Assembly (NCBI GenBank): GCA_951812775.1
Contig: OX638326.1
Location: 216,151 to 280,150, forward strand
Direction of reading: 5' to 3'
Origin: an uncultured Alphaproteobacteria bacterium
Lineage (GTDB): Bacteria; Pseudomonadota; Alphaproteobacteria; MPNO01; UBA2964
Length of the DNA: 64,000 nt
Positions 62,052-64,000 of this stretch are shown in pieces; within the stretch, counting starts at the first letter, position 1; each line of letters starts with the position of its first letter. Position numbers and translations under genes: made by a program. Under the pieces are notes generated by a model. That model saw only the letters and a program-made list of their open reading frames with translations, ran no database searches and had not been told where the DNA came from.

Positions 62052-62966
62052 ATGAAATACGAGGCCATCAAATGGGAGGTCCATGAAAATCCCGAACGGC
62101 CCGGAGAGAAATGTATCGGGGTCATCACGCTGAACCGCCCTGAGGCTCTCAACGCCGTTGATGTTCGTATGCGTGTCGAACTCGACATTCTATGCGATGA
62201 GATTGCCGCAAACAGTCATATCAGAGCCGTCATTATCACGGGTGAGGGACGGGGTTTCTCCGCCGGGGGCGATCTTAAAACCGAAGCGGATCCGCTTGGC
62301 GCCGGGGAAGAAGACTTCGATTTTGGCAATTTTGGCGCCTACAAGGAGCTCGCTGGATACTTTTTCAATGATCTCCGGCACGAAGTGCTGCAACGCGCTT
62401 TCCGTAAATTTGAAGACCTGCCGCCAGTCGTCATTGCCGCGATTAATGGTCCGGCGGTCGGCATCGGGCTGGAAATCTGTACGCTGTGCGATATTCGCTA
62501 TGCCTCAGAAAAGGCAAAGCTTGGCGAAGTTGCCGTCCCGGCAGGATTTCTTCCTGAATCCGGAGGCGCCCGTAACCTGCCAAAATTCGTTGGCATCGGC
62601 CGCGCCATGGAAATGATCATGACCGGCGACATCATCATGGCCGATGAGGCGGAGCGCATCGGGTTGGTTGACCGGGTTTTTCCGCATGATGAACTAATGG
62701 ACGGCGCCTTCAAACTCGCCGTAAAGATCGCCAACAATCCTTATCGCTCAGTTCGCAAAGCCAAGGATCTGGTTAAACATTATTGGAACCAGAACCGAAC
62801 GGATGAAGGCTGGCAACGCGAATTAAACGCGATCAAGGAAATTACCCGGACCAAAGACTGTCACGAAGGCATCCGGGCTTTTCTTGAGAAACGCGACCCG
62901 GAATTCCGGGGCCCTTACTATGACAACTGGCCTTTTCCGGGTGGTTCCAAAAAAGATGGCAGCTGA
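62052..62966 (+). CDS. Enoyl-CoA hydratase/isomerase (crotonase) family protein
   Basis: ITLNRPEALNAV, ITGEGRGFSAGGDLK and AAINGPAVGIGLEI are present. The ATG at 62052 has an AAGGAGAG RBS. Confidence 0.85.
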   Translation: MKYEAIKWEVHENPERPGEKCIGVITLNRPEALNAVDVRMRVELDILCDEIAANSHIRAVIITGEGRGFSAGGDLKTEADPLGAGEEDFDFGNFGAYKELAGYFFNDLRHEVLQRAFRKFEDLPPVVIAAINGPAVGIGLEICTLCDIRYASEKAKLGEVAVPAGFLPESGGARNLPKFVGIGRAMEMIMTGDIIMADEAERIGLVDRVFPHDELMDGAFKLAVKIANNPYRSVRKAKDLVKHYWNQNRTDEGWQRELNAIKEITRTKDCHEGIRAFLEKRDPEFRGPYYDNWPFPGGSKKDGS

Positions 62967-64000
62967 CGAGATAAAGACCTGGCCGGGATACCGGGAGGTT
63001 CCCGAACGGCTGAACATTACCGCCGAGACCCTCGACAAACAAATCAGGTCGGGAAACGGCAAAGGCATTGCCTTCAAGGATTCAGAAGGGGCTATTTCTT
63101 ACGCAGAGCTCAATGATCGTGTTTGCGGACTGGCATCTGGTTTAAGCGGTTTGGGAATATCCAAAACTGATCACGTCCTGATACGTCTGCCGAACTGCAT
63201 CGAGTTTATTGTTAGCTTTCTTGCGTTGGTAAAACTGGGTGCTGTTCCTGTTCTGCAAAACTCACTCCTCGGGGCGTCCGAAGTTGCCTATGTGCGCCAA
63301 CATAGCGATGCGAACGCAGCCATAACATTACATGGCATAGCGGAGCCGGTAAGGGCGTTAAAAGCCGATCTGCCCAATGGCGTGATCGTCGCCCGTGGAT
63401 CATTGGAAGGCGATCATATCTTCGAAGACCTATCGAACACGGAAGCAGAAGGTTCAATCGAAACTGTGGATACCGGGGCCAACGAGCCGGCCTTTATGGT
63501 CTATACCTCTGGCACGACAGGAAATCCCAAAGGCATTGTCCACGCTCACCGTTGGATTGTTGCGCAGGGCGATACCAACAAGTTGCGTATCGAACCGAAA
63601 GAAAACGATGTTGCGATGGCGACGGGAGAGTGGAGTTTTATCAGTGCGCTTGGGCACAATGTTCTCTATCCACTCCGCAATGGCGTAACAGGCGCCATCC
63701 TCGAGGGGCGTATGCATCCGGAGCGGGTTTTAAAAGCCGTTGAAACCCTTGGCGTCACGGTCCTGTATTCCGTTGCGACGGTCTATCGCCGTATCCTTGC
63801 TATTGACGGTGTCGAAAACCAATTTGATTTGTCTTCCTTACGGGGATGCAATGCCACTGGGGAAGCGCTCGAAGCGGCTACTTATAATGAATGGTTTGAG
63901 CGGATAGGCTGCCCCATCTGGGAACATTATGGCATCTCCGAAATGCAGCTTGTTTTTGGACAATGCCCGCATTGGCCCATCAAACCCGGTTCAGTGGGCA
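62956..64000 (+). CDS. AMP-dependent synthetase/ligase (acyl-CoA synthetase), N-terminal part; 3' end lies outside the window
   Basis: I translated it by hand: MAADEIKTWPGYREVPERLN...ISYAELNDRVCGLASGL...AFMVYTSGTTGNPKGIVHAHR (AMP-binding motif). The frame is open to the window end, so it is absent from the track. The start overlaps the crotonase stop by 11 nt. Confidence 0.85.
   Translation, partial: MAADEIKTWPGYREVPERLNITAETLDKQIRSGNGKGIAFKDSEGAISYAELNDRVCGLASGLSGLGISKTDHVLIRLPNCIEFIVSFLALVKLGAVPVLQNSLLGASEVAYVRQHSDANAAITLHGIAEPVRALKADLPNGVIVARGSLEGDHIFEDLSNTEAEGSIETVDTGANEPAFMVYTSGTTGNPKGIVHAHRWIVAQGDTNKLRIEPKENDVAMATGEWSFISALGHNVLYPLRNGVTGAILEGRMHPERVLKAVETLGVTVLYSVATVYRRILAIDGVENQFDLSSLRGCNATGEALEAATYNEWFERIGCPIWEHYGISEMQLVFGQCPHWPIKPGSVG

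Noticed and set aside
1-64000. CRISPR arrays, transposases, integrases, toxin-antitoxin or restriction-modification / defence operons
   Set aside because: No regularly spaced direct repeats, no IS-like inverted repeats and no ORFs with recognisable mobility or defence signatures were found. The only repeats are the 22-bp duplication and the (CTGG)4 tract reported above.

Overview
64-kb chromosomal window, about 50% GC, standard genetic code (TGA is a real stop in scpA, tatA and the crotonase gene). Gene content and order look alphaproteobacterial, probably a marine Rhodospirillales-like organism; this taxonomic guess is inference only. The conserved backbone is valS, ilvD, xthA, erpA, dgt, argS-SPOR-nagZ-M50-scpAB-tatABC-serS-pcm-LysM/M23, DUF815 ATPase, yajC-secD-secF-Mth938, trmFO, uvrA, ssb-gyrA-coaD and tRNA-Lys(UUU). 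Accessory blocks sit between these genes. One is an hpnC/hpnE-like squalene module wedged between the NDUFAF3-like and NDUFAF6-like genes. A second is a 6.8-kb metabolic island between uvrA and ssb. A third is a block of aromatic-catabolism and envelope genes downstream of tRNA-Lys. A fourth holds a transporter operon plus an acyl-CoA metabolism cluster. The strongest finding is a periplasmic thioredoxin-fold redoxin (35397-35972). Its ORF is interrupted by an in-frame TGA exactly at the first Cys position of the W-C-x-x-C motif, and a SECIS-like hairpin follows, so it is a likely unannotated selenoprotein. The second theme is gene decay. Six accessory genes are disrupted by seven lesions, while every housekeeping gene is intact. 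The lesions include a perfect 22-bp tandem duplication, a (CTGG)4 tetranucleotide tract and short homopolymer sites. No CRISPR array, transposase, integrase or recognisable defence system was seen.
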